DNA of 64,000 nucleotides from Lama guanicoe (taxonomy: Eukaryota): assembly GCA_013239625.1 (NCBI GenBank), contig MU055008.1, positions 5,393,401 through 5,457,400 of the forward strand, read 5' to 3'. The notes below the pieces were generated by a model. It saw only the letters and a program-made list of their open reading frames with translations. It was not told the DNA's origin and searched no databases. The first letter of the stretch is position 1; each line of letters starts with the position of its first letter. Positions 1 through 13,085 of the stretch are shown in pieces. The translations under genes and the position numbers were made by a program.

Positions 1-611
1 CCCCATGACCCTGTCGGAGCTGTCAGGACGCCGGCTCACAGGCCAGTCCAGGCAGCATGTTGGTGATGCTTGCCTGGTGGCCGGTGCCGGTGGGTACAGG
101 TCTGAACCTGTTTGCCAGGTGAGAAGTCAGCGCCTCAGGTGGGAAGAGGATCCACCTCCTGGGAGCCCGATCACACCTCCTTGTTTCTCTTTCGCAGCAC
201 CGGCTGCCACGGTGGCTCCGATGCCAGCACCCACCTGCACAGCCTGGCCCCCAGATGCTGGAGTTTGTGATGAATATACGGGTTATATACACTCATTGCA
301 GAGTCAGTAACTTGCTAAAAGGTCAAACTCAGCTTGACCAGAACACAGCATTACTAGGATTCTACTCCTCCTGCAGCTGGTGCTCCATTTCCCCCCTTGA
401 TCAGGGAAGAGTCTTAGAGTACTTTCTTAGAGCTTAAAAACTGGGGAATTTTGCCTCCCCCTCTGAAGACCCTCTTTTCTGGTCTCCCAGCACACTCAGA
501 GAAGGCACATGGCCTTGGTGACTTTCTCCAGCCGTTTACTCAGCACCTGCTGTGTGTGGTCCCCATAGCAAGGGGGCCACACGGGTGTGCTTAAGTAAAA
601 GCTTGTAGGTG

Positions 612-788
612 TTTTTTGTTTGTTTTTAATTGAAGCACAGTCAGTTTACAATGTTCATTTCTGGTGTACAGCATATGTGATTCAGTTTTTTATATATATA
701 TATGTATGTGGATATATATATATATATCCCTTTTCATATTATTTTCCATTATAGGCTATTACAAGGTATTGAGTATAGTTCCCTGTGT
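612..788 (-). mobile_element. Truncated lineage-specific L1 3' end with (TA)n
   Basis: TTTTTAATTGAAGCACAGTCAGTTTACAATG...GAGTATAGTTCCCTGTG is shared with the other L1 3' ends in the window. Confidence 0.85.
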
Positions 789-789
789 A

Positions 790-1000
790 TAGTGTTTATC
801 CTGTGCCAGGTGCCGTTGCACCTGCTTAGAAAGGCAGATGTCATCCTCACACAAACCCTGTGAGGGAGATGCTGTTATTGCCCCATTTTATGGATGGAGT
901 AACTGAGGTATGCTCATTGCTGCACAGCTAAGTTGGGGTTCGGGTTGGGGCAGGATTTGAACGCAGGCTGTCTTATCCCAGAGTCCTAGTTCTTAACCCC
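790..1000 (-). mobile_element. MIR SINE
   Basis: MIR core-like CCCATTTTATGGATGGAGTAACTGAGG and GGATTTGAACGCAGG. Confidence 0.75.
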
Positions 1001-2380
1001 TACCTCCCACCCGCTACTGCCTCTCTGCTCCAGTCCCTCGCCTTAGTTCGATGCCAGCATCCCTGGGAGGTGCACCCTTGTTGCATGAAGACACTGAGGC
1101 CTGGGGAGTTCACATGCAGGCGGTAGCCGGCCTGGGGTTCAGACGCCACACCCAAGGCTCTGACTCCAAATGCTGCTCCAGCCTGTTCCCCTGGTGGCAT
1201 TGCCATCCTAGCCCCTGGATTCTGCCTCGCCCTGCACCTGTCAAGGGCAAGTAACTGACTTGAGGGGGCTCCAGGCTCCCCTAGGGTCACCTCCCCGTTC
1301 CTCTTCCGTGGAACATTCTCATATTTCTTTTTTAGCTGTGTCTCTGACTACAAAATTGTTCTATCTTCCCACATGCATGTTGACTGGTTCTGTTTCCTCC
1401 AGCCTGTTTCCTCCGGACAGTTCACATCCTTTTCTGTTCAGCTGCTGGACTGTTTATTTGAGGCAGGTCCACTGTCCGACTCAAGGGTCAGGACAGAAAC
1501 TCTTCTCATCTCATCAATCTGTGTGGAACATCTTTACCCCTTTTCTGTCCTCAACAGTTCTGAAAATAATCACGTGCCCCTAATGTGGAGTAAGAGGATC
1601 AGAATGCAGACGTTGTTCATCCCCCAGCCTTCCAGCCTCACAATGAAACAGAAGTGTAACCTGGCAGTTTTTTCCCTACACATATTCTAGAAGCATGACT
1701 GTCTAGGGAAGTGGTCATCCAGGGCATAAGCCAGTCCTCTAGTCTGAACACTGGTTCCTTGAGGGCAGGGCTCTTCCTGGTTCACCCCGCACCCTTTTTG
1801 GGACCTAGCATGAGGGGATCTGTGATACATGTCTGTCACATGTATTTGATGGGAAGCCCCAGGAATACAGAACTTCCACAAAAAGAACGTCCATGGCGGT
1901 TTTCTTCTCGGTTTTCTGGACATTTTCTCCAATGGTGTATTTACTAGACCTATTTCCTACTCTGAAAACCATGCATATCTTTTCTCCACTTCCCAGTTGG
2001 CTCCGCAGCCAGAGGACCCCTCAGCCGACCGTCAAACTCACTGAGGCCCGGGTCCTCCATCTCTGGGAAGCTCTGTGTCCTCGCCTCTAAAACCCAGATG
2101 GTTATTCCAACTCCGGCAGCTCCGTCCCTGCCTAAGAGGGAGGCCGTCTGGACTCGTGCGTGAGAACACTTCACCTTCTTAGTAGGAGCACAGGAGGGTG
2201 GAAACACTGGCTCGCCCAGCATCCCTTCATAACTTCCGTAAGAGGAGGCTTGTGCTTCTGGGTGGCACCTCAGCCAAATCTTACTCCTAACAATTGAGTT
2301 ATTTTACAATTGATGATGATGCATCTGGGGCCAGCCAAGCAAGGAGGGGCTTTGCATGTGGTAAAAATAGGTTGTGCCTT

Positions 2381-2972
2381 TGTTGCCAGAGAATAATAGG
2401 TTCTTTCTTGTCTCGAGCAGGAAAGAATTCAAGAGCGAGGTACAGTCAAGTGAAAGCAAGCTTAGAGAGATACACGCTCCATAGACAGAGTGGGGGCCAT
2501 CTCACTCAGGAAGGAAAGCGACTGAGGAGGCACTCACTCCAGAGGCAGGATGCGGGCCATCTCAAAAGGCGAGAGGGAGAGAGGCCGAGCGGTGTGGGGT
2601 GTTTAAAGCAAAAGCAGATACAGCCTCCATAGGCAGAGTGCGGGCCGTCTCAGAAGTCAAGAGAGTGACTGTGAGGTGCAGAGCTGTTCGTTTTTATGGG
2701 CTCGGTAATTCCACATGCTAACGAGTGGGACGATTATTCCAACTATGTTGGGGAAGGGGGAGGATTTCCAGGAAATGGCCACCTCCCCCGCCTACTTTTT
2801 GACCTTTTCTGGTCAGCCTAGGAACTGTCCTGGTGCCCGTGGGTGTACCATGAGGCTCAAGGTCCACTGGAAGTCAGACCTTCTGCCACCTCGGCTCTAA
2901 CCAGTGTGTCCTGTCCTCCATGGCTGTGCCATTCCTTCAGTGCTCGTGCCCTGCCCCCCTCCCTCCATCTCA
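2381..2972 (-). mobile_element. ERV1-class solo LTR (MER4/MER41-like)
   Basis: TG...CA termini, 4-bp TSD CCTT (2377-2380 and 2973-2976), MER4/41-like AAAGAATTCAAGAGCGAG...GTGAAAGCAAG segment. Confidence 0.8.
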
Positions 2973-5900
2973 CCTTGGCCAACGGTTGGTTATAGGCACT
3001 CTATTAGCACTTGGTTGTTGGGCTAATTAGCATTATGTCGAAACCCAGGAAATTGCTCATATTTGAGCATCTTTGACCTAAAAATATTGGTGCTTTACTG
3101 TTAGGTGTCCCTCCATGATCAGGTTTCTTGTATGAAACCGTTTCATAGTGAACTTCTCCAAACTAAAGCAGGATTGAAGTCATCATCTGAAGTCCCAGTC
3201 TATGTAAACTTGGGTTAAATTTTACTGAAATGTAAGTGATGGAAGATTTAGCTCATTACAGAGGGAGGGCCAACCCACGTGTATTTGCAGTCACATCCAG
3301 CATTGGTGCAGTACTGAGCTCATGGGTCTTCTGTGTAGCGAAGCCCTCGTGGCTGCTCAGAGCCCAGAGCGGGTCCATCTTCATGCTTCCATATGCGCTT
3401 AAAAGGAATAGCACCCCAGTCCCTTCCCACATCCTCCTGTTGCTCCAGTTAAGTCAGGCCATTGAGGTTTTCCTGTGATTGTAGATTGATGTCTCCCAGT
3501 AAGCCCTAGGGTACGTGGAAATCATATAGGAAAATCTGGTCAAGGACAAGATGGCCTGAGCCAAGAAATGTTTCTTCTTGGAATCAGGAAACACAAGTCA
3601 CAGACAATTAGGTTCTGTTCACTTTTTAAGACCACACAAATCAACACGGGTCCTTGATAAATGGCTGTACCCGTGTAGACTGTGAGCCCTGCTGTAGAGC
3701 AATGATAGGCACCTAGATGGTCCCAGAAAGGTGGCTCGGATGGAAAAGGAGATCAGGGATTCGGTGGGTGTGCATGGGAACAAACCATCCCATTGTGTTG
3801 ATGTGTTGTCTAATCCTGGTGCTGGGAAAACAGGATTTACCCCTCCCCCTCCCACTTGAACTTTAATCACCTCCCGACTCTGGTGTTGTATTCAGAGAGC
3901 AGCAGCCTAAATACTGATCCTTGGGTTTTATCAAATCTTTTTTTAGCCAGTCAATCAGGGAGCAGCGCCAGCCGGGTGTGGCCCTGTGCTTGGGTGCTAT
4001 CACCCTGAAATAAGGAAGGCAGTTTTATTTGGGGAGGGGGCCTGAGTCCAGCAGGAGAGCTACCTGCAGATGGGGCCAGAGGGGGTGTCCCTGACCGGTC
4101 CTGACGCCCAGGTGCCCTGCGAGTCTGGGAGCTACCCCTGCCCCACCAGTGGCCCCCAAGAGCAGAACTTAACTCCAGAATGAAGGTTCAAACATTGGGG
4201 TGAATGGGGGTTATTTTCTCAGGTTTTCTGGCTCCCCATCATTTTTTTCGTCTCTCTAAAAAGGAAGACTTGGTCAAGATGGTGGGCCTGGAAAGTCTGA
4301 CAGGGTGCGAGGGGGTGGGAGTGCTTCCCCATCCCATGCAACGACATTTTTACAGCTCAAATCCTGGCCACGCTTCCGTTTGCTATGTAACCATGCATGT
4401 TGTAGCGGGGACAGGGGTGAGGGAAGGAGGGGTAATGGGGGTCAGATTAGATGGTGGCTGTTTCTGCCAACTCGCATAAACTGCTGGCCAGTTGGATATT
4501 TGCCTGCTAATCAAAAAATCCAATTTGTGGGGATCTGGACCCCTTTAGGTAGATCAATTAATTGAATTGGAATTTAGTGGCATTTATTTATTTATCTATC
4601 TATTTTCAGTTAACTGAAAATTTTTTTTCCTTTTCAGTTTTATTAGGTAGAATTATTACAGTTCAGCTGCATACATACATTCTATTGCATGTAACCACAG
4701 ACATACAGTACACTGCGCATTTCCTTTTAGTTTACATGTATGTTACTGACCATTGCTTCTAAGAACAAATTAGATCTTTAGCTTTTTAAACTTTTCAGTG
4801 CTTTCAAATGACTTAAGCTGTTTGGTCTCAAAGTCATTGTGTTTGAAGCCCAGCTTCAGTTTCTGTCCCTTGGCTCATACCCTCCAGGGGTTCCCTGGTG
4901 CGGAGCCCCTCAGCACCCCTCCAGCGGCTGGCCTGCCCCTCCTCGGGCTCCTGGTCTGCACCGCAGGGCTCTGTGCCTGCTCTTCCCTTTGCCCAGAAAG
5001 CTAGATCTGGCTTCCTCACCCTCTTTGGGTCTTGGCTCAAATGTCACCTTCTCAGGGGGCAGGACCCTGGCCATCCTATTTCAGCTGCACCCTGTCCCCT
5101 GGACCTTCTGTCCCTGACTTTGTCCCCACAAGACCCGCAGTTGGTCTCACTATTTATTGTCTGTCTCTTCCTACCCAACTCTGAACTGCATGTGGGCGGG
5201 TTTTTTTCTCCTTTTGTTCACGCTGTATCTACGTTCCCAGGTCCGAGGGCTGTGCCCGGTACACAGTAGGGGCTAAATCAGTACCTACCAAACGAGGGAA
5301 CAGATCCCTCCTGACAGATCTCCAGTGGCGCAGCGTCCTGGAGGTGGGCGCGGGACTCGGCTCTCTCTTGATTCTCTGCTCTTCGTAAGGAGAAAGCTTG
5401 TGTGTCCTGGTTTCTTCTGAACACCGCACAGGTATCACCTTGGACATGCCTTATAAGGGTGCAGCTTGATGGGTTTTTACTAAATGAACAAATCTTTATT
5501 GCCCCCAGATCACAACAGAGAATAGTATTGTGCCCAGAAATTTCTAGCCCAACCAAATCCAATCATTGTGATCACTTTATGATACAGCTGTCATTGGCCA
5601 GATGATCTTTACGTTTTTAGCAAGGACACGGTTTTACTTCTCCAGGAGATCCCTAGCTTCTCAAGTGCAGGAGACGTGTCTTCTAGTCCTTTTGTAACCT
5701 TCCTCTGCAGCCTCGCCCAGGAACAGATCAGCCATAGGAGGAAGCGTTGGCTAATAATCCCAGTGGCCTGGAATATTGCAGCCCCGTAGGGTACTAGGTG
5801 AGGAGCAGGTGCTGGATGAGGGGGAGATTTGTTAACATGAAAAAAATGTGTGTCGGGATAATGCAGAGATAAGACTCCACCGAAGAGATGCAATTTAGAA

Positions 5901-6483
5901 AGGGAATTCAGAACAATTTTCCTTCCGTTTCCAGTTCTCATTCTGATTTAGAGGAGTCCTGAGATTGGTATCCCGTGAGGCACGCTCACCAGACAGCCAT
6001 TCAGTCATTCACCTGTTCATCCAGCCGACATTTACTGAATGCTTCTGGCGGTATCCTTAGCCCCGGGGGAACCAGAACCTTGCCCTTGCCGTCAGGGGAG
6101 GTGCATTTTCACAGCAGAGACAGATGATGTGTTTAAATGTCTTGGTGATAGTTTATGATTAGCGCCCCGAGTGAGGCACCTGAGGAGCCGTGAGGAAGGA
6201 GAACAGGAGAGATTTAATGGGAGCCCAGAAGGTTCTCTGAGGAGGTGACATATAAACTGAGATCTCAGGGCTGTTGAGAGCCTGGTAAGATCAGATAGGG
6301 GGTGGCTGGTGCAGAGGCCTCAGAAAAACGAGCGTGGGGTATTCATGCAGGAAGCCGGTATGAGTGGGCAGTAAGAAACAAAGGGAAGATGGGTAAGCAT
6401 TGAAAGGTGTTCTCCAGACTTAGGTCTTAGTCGGGGTTCTGCAGAGAAACAGAACTGAGAGGAGGGATGTACAACTACATCTA

Positions 6484-6950
6484 CAGGTCGACCTCAGACA
6501 CAGCGTGGGTCCCAGACCACAGCTATAAAGCCAGTGATCGCAATAAAGCAAGCCACACGAATTTCTGGGTTTCCCAGAGCACATAAAAGTTATGGTCACG
6601 CTATACTGTAGCCTATTAAGTGTACAATAGCATTATGGCTACAAATAGGTTGGACATAACTTAATTAAAAAGTAGTTTATTCCAAAAAAATGCTAACCAG
6701 CATCTGAGCCTTCAGTGCGTCTTATAGTAACATCAAATTTCACTCATCACAGATCACCGTAACAAGTGTCATAGTAATGAGAAAGTCGGAAATGTTTCAA
6801 GAATTACCAACAGGTGGTGCAGAGACACAAAATGAGCAAATGCTGTTGGAAAAATGGCACCCATAGACCGGCCCGAGGCAGGGTTGCCACAAGCCTTCGA
6901 TTTATTAAAAACGCAGTGTCTTCAAAGTGCAATAAAACGAGGTATTCCTG
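6484..6950 (-). mobile_element. Internally deleted Tigger1 derivative (TcMar DNA transposon, non-autonomous)
   Basis: Terminal inverted repeats CAGGTCGACCTC ... GAGGTATTCCTG, preceded by TA. Both ends resemble Tigger1 termini; no transposase. Confidence 0.88.
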
Positions 6951-7235
6951 TGCTTGTGTGTCTGTATGTGTCCATCTATGTACACAAGCAAAACGGAGTT
7001 CTGTATTCACAGACACAGATATAAAGAGCTCTGCCCAGATGTCAGTTCCTCAGAGAGCTTCCTTGAATCTCTAGCTAGAGCAGCGCACCGTCCCTGCCCC
7101 TTCCCATCTGTCCTCACAGTTGTCTTCAAACGAGCATGTAAAACTTTAAAACACTGCCCTTTCAGCGTACGAAGCTGGTATCCACTGAATGCATATCAAA
7201 GTGTGACCCTCAGATAACAGATACAGCTTGCTTTT

Positions 7236-7432
7236 TATTTTATTTTATTGAGTTATAGTCAGTTTACAATGTTGTGTTAATTACCAGTGTAGAGCACAAT
7301 TTTTCAGTTATATATATTCATACATATTCATTGTCACATTCTTTTTCACCGTGAGCTCCCACAAGATCTTGTATGTATTTCCCTATGCTGTACAGTATAA
7401 TCTTGTTTATCTATTCTATATACACCTGTCAG
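7236..7432 (-). mobile_element. 5'-truncated lineage-specific L1 3' end
   Basis: L1 3' UTR sequence flanked by degenerate TSD AGATACAGCTTGCTTTT (7219-7235) / AGATACTTCTTGCTTTT (7433-7449). Confidence 0.88.
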
Positions 7433-8598
7433 AGATACTTCTTGCTTTTAGTTCCTAATGTCACACATTTGTATGGGGCTGTAGGGGCTAGTAGTAAGTA
7501 TGCATTTAGTTTTGTCATTTGGATTCAGGATACTCTGATGAATCCTCTCGTGAAAGTCAGACTTAGAAAACGTACAGATTCCTTTTCGAAAAGACTTTGT
7601 CCCCCAGGCAAGCAGGTACTTGATTCTGCAATGGTTTGAAGGAGCTTGACCTGTGAGCATTTTTTAAAAATTTGTAAGCACATGAGCCAAAGTTAAAAAC
7701 AACTTATGATCTCTTCGGGATTTATCTCCTTTGGACTGATGTCCTCCGCACCCTTTGCAATTTTCCCCTGGCCTGTCCCTCATTACACCGTCTCACCTAG
7801 CAATTTGATGAAAATCTTAATTGGTGTCAATATCAACAGGATGATCTTTCGTAGGGGAATGTAATTTTCCACTGCAGTCAGCGATGACAGAAGAGGAGGT
7901 CAGTAAAAGAAAACCTTTTGCAAGAAGGCTGTATTTGCGGAGTTTTTCACAAGAACACACTGTAATTATGAAGTTTTATTTTTACCAAATACAATTTTTT
8001 TTTTAACCATAGTAACGTCTGTTGTCTTAGATTTGGTAGAAACACTAGGAAAGAGAAATACTCTGAAGGCTTGTTTTGCACCATCATTTTGCCATGAGAT
8101 TGTTGGGTGCTACCTGAGTCTCTGACTTCCCCTTTGGATTGCTAATGTCTTCTGAGGGCCAGGGCGGGGTACGAATAGTCATTGAAATGAGGTGTGACTT
8201 CTCCATGTCTGGAATACGGGCAAGAGTTAACCTAAAAATATTGTTGCCTGGTGGCAGGTGGCAGGTTGGGCTCTTGGAGGGCTCTTGCCAGCTGTCTCTG
8301 GTCAGCCCCGTCCTCAGACTCCACACAGGAGCTGGAGACGCAGGACCCTGGAGCAGGAAGCTCAAAGGAAAGCTGTCCTGTGGTAACTGGGAGTAAACAG
8401 CTGGCTCTGGGTTAGACTCCTTAATCTGTTTAGCTTGGTGCGCATGTGTGTGTGTGTGTCTGTCTGTGTGTGTGTAGAGTTTGATTTTTTAATGGTCAGC
8501 CTTCAGGAGTCCGCGGTGGCTGATCTGGTCACAAGATCTCCAAAAATTGGGGTTAAGTTTATCAACCTACAGAGATTTAAAACAACATAGAGGCTCTT

Positions 8599-8976
8599 TG
8601 TATTAGTTTTCCACGGCTGCCGTATCAGAGTTCCATAGACTGGGCAGCTTACACGTCACAGCTTATTTTCTTTCAGTTCCGGAGGCTCTAAGTCCAAGAG
8701 CGAGATGTTGGCAGGCTTGGTTTCTCCCGAGGCCTCGCTCCGTGGCTTGTAGACGGCTGCTTCTTGCCGGGCCGTCCCTCTGTGCGTGTCTGTACCCTAA
8801 TTCCCTCTGCTTACAAGGACATCAATCAGATCGGATTAGAGCCTGCTCCAAGGACCTCACTGTACCATATCACCTCTTTAAAGGCCCTGTCTCCAAATAC
8901 AGTCACATTCTGAGGTCTAGGGGTTTCGGGCTTCAACGTACGAATTTGGGGGTGGGTCACAGGTCAGCCCATAACA
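8599..8976 (-). mobile_element. MLT1 (ERVL-MaLR) solo LTR
   Basis: TGTATTAGTT...CAGCCCATAACA termini; 5-bp TSD CTCTT/CTATT. Confidence 0.85.
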
Positions 8977-9004
8977 CTATTGGTGTAATCTTAGCCCTCC
9001 AGCT

Positions 9005-9356
9005 GAAACAGAGTAGAATGGTTATCACGGGTTGTGGGGGGTGGGGAAGATGGGGAGATGTTGGTCAAATGGTACACACTTCCAGTTTTAAGGTGAATGT
9101 AAGTTCTAGAGACCTAATGTACAGCATGGTGAGTACAGCTGATAATCCTGAGCTGTATACTTGAGATTGGCTAAGACAGCAGATCTTAAGTGTTCTCACC
9201 ACACACATGGAAAAAAGGGGTAACGTGTGAAGTGATGGATGTATGAATTAGCTTGATCATCATAGTCATTTCACACTGTGTGTATGTCAATCCATCATGT
9301 TGTGCTCCTTAAATATATACAACTTCTGCTGTCGATTAGACCTCAGTAAAGCTGGG
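9005..9356 (+). mobile_element. Older L1 (L1MA/L1MB-type) 3' end
   Basis: AGAGTAGAATGGTT...GATCTTAAGTGTTCTCACCAC...CCTCAGTAAAGCTGG is typical of an L1M 3' UTR. Confidence 0.8.
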
Positions 9357-9439
9357 AGGAAGCATCTGCAGGAATTTATTAGCACTGTGGTTCCCAAAAC
9401 GAGCAACAGATGTTCTCCCTTTGATGCTCTAAAATGGCA

Positions 9440-10190
9440 GCCACCCGGCTCCTTTCCATGAGCCTCACATCCAGCCCAGGTGCAAGGTCTTCGGGTGTCT
9501 CATCAGAAGATGCTCTGAGTTCACCTGCCCTCCAGCTCCTACTCCCTCATCTAACCCAGTATCGTCGATTCCCTGGATTATTGCAGTGGCCTCCGAATCC
9601 TCGCCGCCACCTTTGCCCCCTGCTGGAACTCTGGCTCTCCACACAGCAGCCAGTGGTGTTTTTAAAACAGAAGTCCAATCTGGTCACTCTCTTTGGTCAG
9701 AATTCTCCAGCTGCATCCCAGCACAGGCAGCACAAGCTCCAGAATGCTTTCCTGGGCCCGTGAAGTTGTCCATGAACTGGCCCCCGTCTGCCTCCCCCCC
9801 CAGTCTCCACTAGGGTCACGCCCTTCTTGTGACTTCTCCAGTGTGCCAAGTACCGTCCCTCCCCCAAAGGTCTGGAACCCTGGAAGATTCTTCACAATCG
9901 ACACATGAGGCTTACTCCCTGTCTTCCAGGTCTCTGCCCAGATGTTGCCTCCTCCAGGATCTTCCTTGAGCCCCTGGCTAAACTGATGCACTGTCCCCCA
10001 CCTCCTTCCCATCTGTCCTCACAGTCGTCTTCAGACCCCTTGTCACTCCCAGACATCCGGGTACGTAACTGCTTATTTCCTGTCTATGCTGGAATGGGAG
10101 CTTCCTGAAGGCTTCCGTCCTCCTGACCACTCGTTCCCAGCACCTAGAACAGTGTCTGCTTGTAAATAGGCAGGAGTCGTAACTGAAAAT
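9440..10190 (+). mobile_element. L2 LINE 3' fragment (degenerate)
   Basis: Pyrimidine-rich L2-like sequence ending CCCAGCACCTAGAACAGTGTCTG. Confidence 0.6.
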
Positions 10191-10894
10191 CTGGGGCTCA
10201 CGGGTCAAAGGCTGAGGAGGCGGAGCACCTTCGCCAGTGAGCACAGACCCCCTCCCCTAGTCCTAAGAGGTCACAGGGCGAGACCTGCACTGTGCCCGGT
10301 CCCACCCAGAGCTCGCCACGCTTGGGACCATTCCTTGAGAAATCACCTGCAGGACTAATGACTCACCCAGCTTGCAGGAGAGCAACCCTGTTGGCATTTT
10401 GATAACAAAGTCAGAGCTGGGAGGTCACGGGCAGTTTGGCCTCTAGTTCTTGGACCTTAAGGGAGTGATGCCCGCTCTGCAGGAAGAAAGCAGAGCCCTG
10501 GGAGCTGCCCTGCCCGCTGTCTTGCTCAGCCGACGTGCAGACCACTGACCCATCTTCCTCACTTATTTTTTTTTTCCATAAATACTCTACTGAAACTGTC
10601 ATGTGAGGTATCCTAACTGTGTTTAATATTTTTTTAGGTTCTGTAAGCAATAGAGACTTTTCATTCTCAGGGATTTTTGTCACATATAATGGGACTGCCA
10701 GCTGGGAATGGCCCCTCCTTTCCTCTGGGGCTCTTGACTTCCGTGATCAGAATTTAGCAAACGGTGCGAGGAGAGGTGGGGGCTTGCGGGGGGCGGAATT
10801 TCCCTTCCTCTTTTCTCCTGTTTGAGAAAACTTTTCAAGTAAGAGGAAAGACAGGGTATGAATAATACTTTCTCAGATTGAAAAGATCTTTTAA

Positions 10895-11027
10895 AAAATT
10901 TTTTTGTTTTGTTTTGAGGGGAGCTAAATTAGGTTGACTGATTGATTGATGGAGGTGCTGGGGATTGAGCCCAGGACCCGGTGCCTGCTAAGCATGTGCT
11001 CTACCACTGGGTTATACCCTCCCCTCC
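10895..11027 (-). mobile_element. Vic-1-type camelid tRNA-derived SINE
   Basis: GGGGATTGAGCCCAGGACC...CTCTACCACTGGGTTATACCCTCCCC (reverse B and A boxes); TSD TGAAAAGATCTTT / TGAAAAGACCTTT. Confidence 0.85.
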
Positions 11028-12919
11028 TGAAAAGACCTTTAAGGGGCGAGCTCAACTTATTTTCTGACTTCCAGAGATACTTAATTTTGCTTTGTTCTGT
11101 TTTTTAAGAAGCCTTTACTCCTCCCTTCCTTGCTCTGCCCAGTCCTGGAGCTGTCTGAGCAGAGACAGTCAGGACCCTAGAAACAGTGTCTTAAGTTGAC
11201 TGGGACGCAGAACTAAGCATCTTTCCATCCTGAGACTCTGACAGAATTGCAAGGGAGGCCCAAACACTGGCAACTTAAACCCTCCAGCTGGAACACGTGT
11301 CCAGTTGCTCTTTCCCACAGAGACGAAGACATCTCCGGGGCGACCCTGAGCCTGTCCCCACAAGGGCCTAGAACTCAGGACTCACTGCTCAGTACGTCTG
11401 TTTGGCAGGGGGGTTCTTCTCTGAGTGCTTGTTTAAAAGCCATATTTGAAGTTTTGGCCTAAAACTCTGCTCCCTCCTCCCTACCTGTCCTTTTCACAAA
11501 CACCCCTGTGTCCCATACTTCTCTCTGCTTTCCCTTGACTTACAAGGAGCTTCTGCACCTGTGAATGTGCATGTGACACACGTGAGTGGTGGGAAGCTCT
11601 CAGGTCTCAGGCTTCAGACTCAAAGGGCCTGGGCTTGGGGTCCCTGCTCTGTGCAGCCTCAGATTAATTGCCTTTCGACTCTATGAGAATAAAGCGGGTC
11701 AAATACTGCACACCTCTTAGGATCACAGTGAGGCTCCCACCAAGGTGAGTGGCCTTGGAGAAGCTCCCAGAACCCTGCAGGGCAATGGGAGGTGAGAGGC
11801 ACCGCCGGCACCTCACCGCCCCACCTTGGTTCTCATGACCTCAGCCCCCACCCGCTGTTGCAAGCACCGTCTCTCCAGCTGCTCCGAGTTGCAGCACATA
11901 ATTCCTGCAGCCCCGAAGGACGTGACTGGATAATAGCCCGTCAAGTGAGCTGCAGTGATATTTGAACACGAGCCCCGATCTGATTATTCTTCAGTCACTC
12001 AACCCCAGGCAAGAATGGATTCATACTTTCCACTGCCGCCTGCGCCAGCCGGTTTCCATATCAGCCAGAGCCTCAAGAAGATGGAAGGACACGCTGTCAT
12101 TCTTTCCATCCACGCTGACCCTGCTTGCTTCAGGGTGAATGCCAGCACGTTCGGGAGAGGAAGTCGCAACTGCTGACCGGGCCGTGCAGACCGGCCCCGT
12201 TTCCAACACACTTGAAGATAGATAAGCAGGCTCTTGTGGTTCTGAAGCTGGACTTGCCTTACCTGTGAAAGCAAAACAAACAGGGCCTTCTCCTTCCTCC
12301 TTGGGAATTCTTGGTCAGGTTCTCTTATTTTGAGCTGTCGGTGTAACGGCAGTGCAGACGCTTTGGGTCTGGAAGTAGTGCCGTGTGACTTTCTCCCTGG
12401 TGTTCCCTGATGCTTGGTGTTAGTTGTAAAAGTCAGCTTGATAACAGATTCCTTATGGATTCTTCCCAAGAGCCCTGGGAGACAGATTGGTGGTGGTTAC
12501 TTCTACTTTACAGAGTCGAAAGGCAATTTAAAAGATAAAAGCAAGAATTCTGCTCAGGGTCATCCCTGCAAATCAGTGGTCCTAGTGGAATCAGAGCTCA
12601 TGGCCCCCGACCTGCCAACCCCCCACCTCCCTCCTTGGAGCTCAGGGACGTTCGTGGCTGACATTCTTTTCAGTTTTAGTAAATTCATTCAAGAGAAATG
12701 AGAGACCAGATCTATTTTAGGACCCCTGACTAATTTCATCTTACTCTGTTTTCTGTAAAGCAAAGAGCTATTCATCAGCAAGTGTAAGCAATGTCTGAGT
12801 AACGCAGCTACACTGTGCTGGGTTTGGGGTCACGGTCATTGAACTGGTCATGAGCGCTGATTAGATACATGCATTGAGTCATACAGTGTACGTGCTGGGA
12901 GGGACTTAGTAATCATGTA

Positions 12920-13085
12920 ATCCAGCAGCTCCCAAATCTGGCTGTTTACCAGAATCACTTAGAGAGCTGATTCCACATGCAGACGCCCCAGAACTTCCCC
13001 AGTCCCAGCACCAGCAACCTGGCCTCTGTCTTTAGTGCTAAATTTCTAACAAGCTCCTCAAGTGATTCCTATACACCCAGCCTAA
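12920..13085. mobile_element. MER5-like hAT-Charlie element
   Basis: CCCAAATCTGGCTG...AGAATCAC and TTCTAACAAGCTCCTCAAGTGATTC motifs. Confidence 0.6.

Noticed and set aside
1932-1945. ATGGTGTAT (MVY), reminiscent of the 3-aa minor RCAN1 exon 3
   Set aside because: No splice donor follows and it is about 61 kb from exon 4; exons 2 and 3 could not be located.
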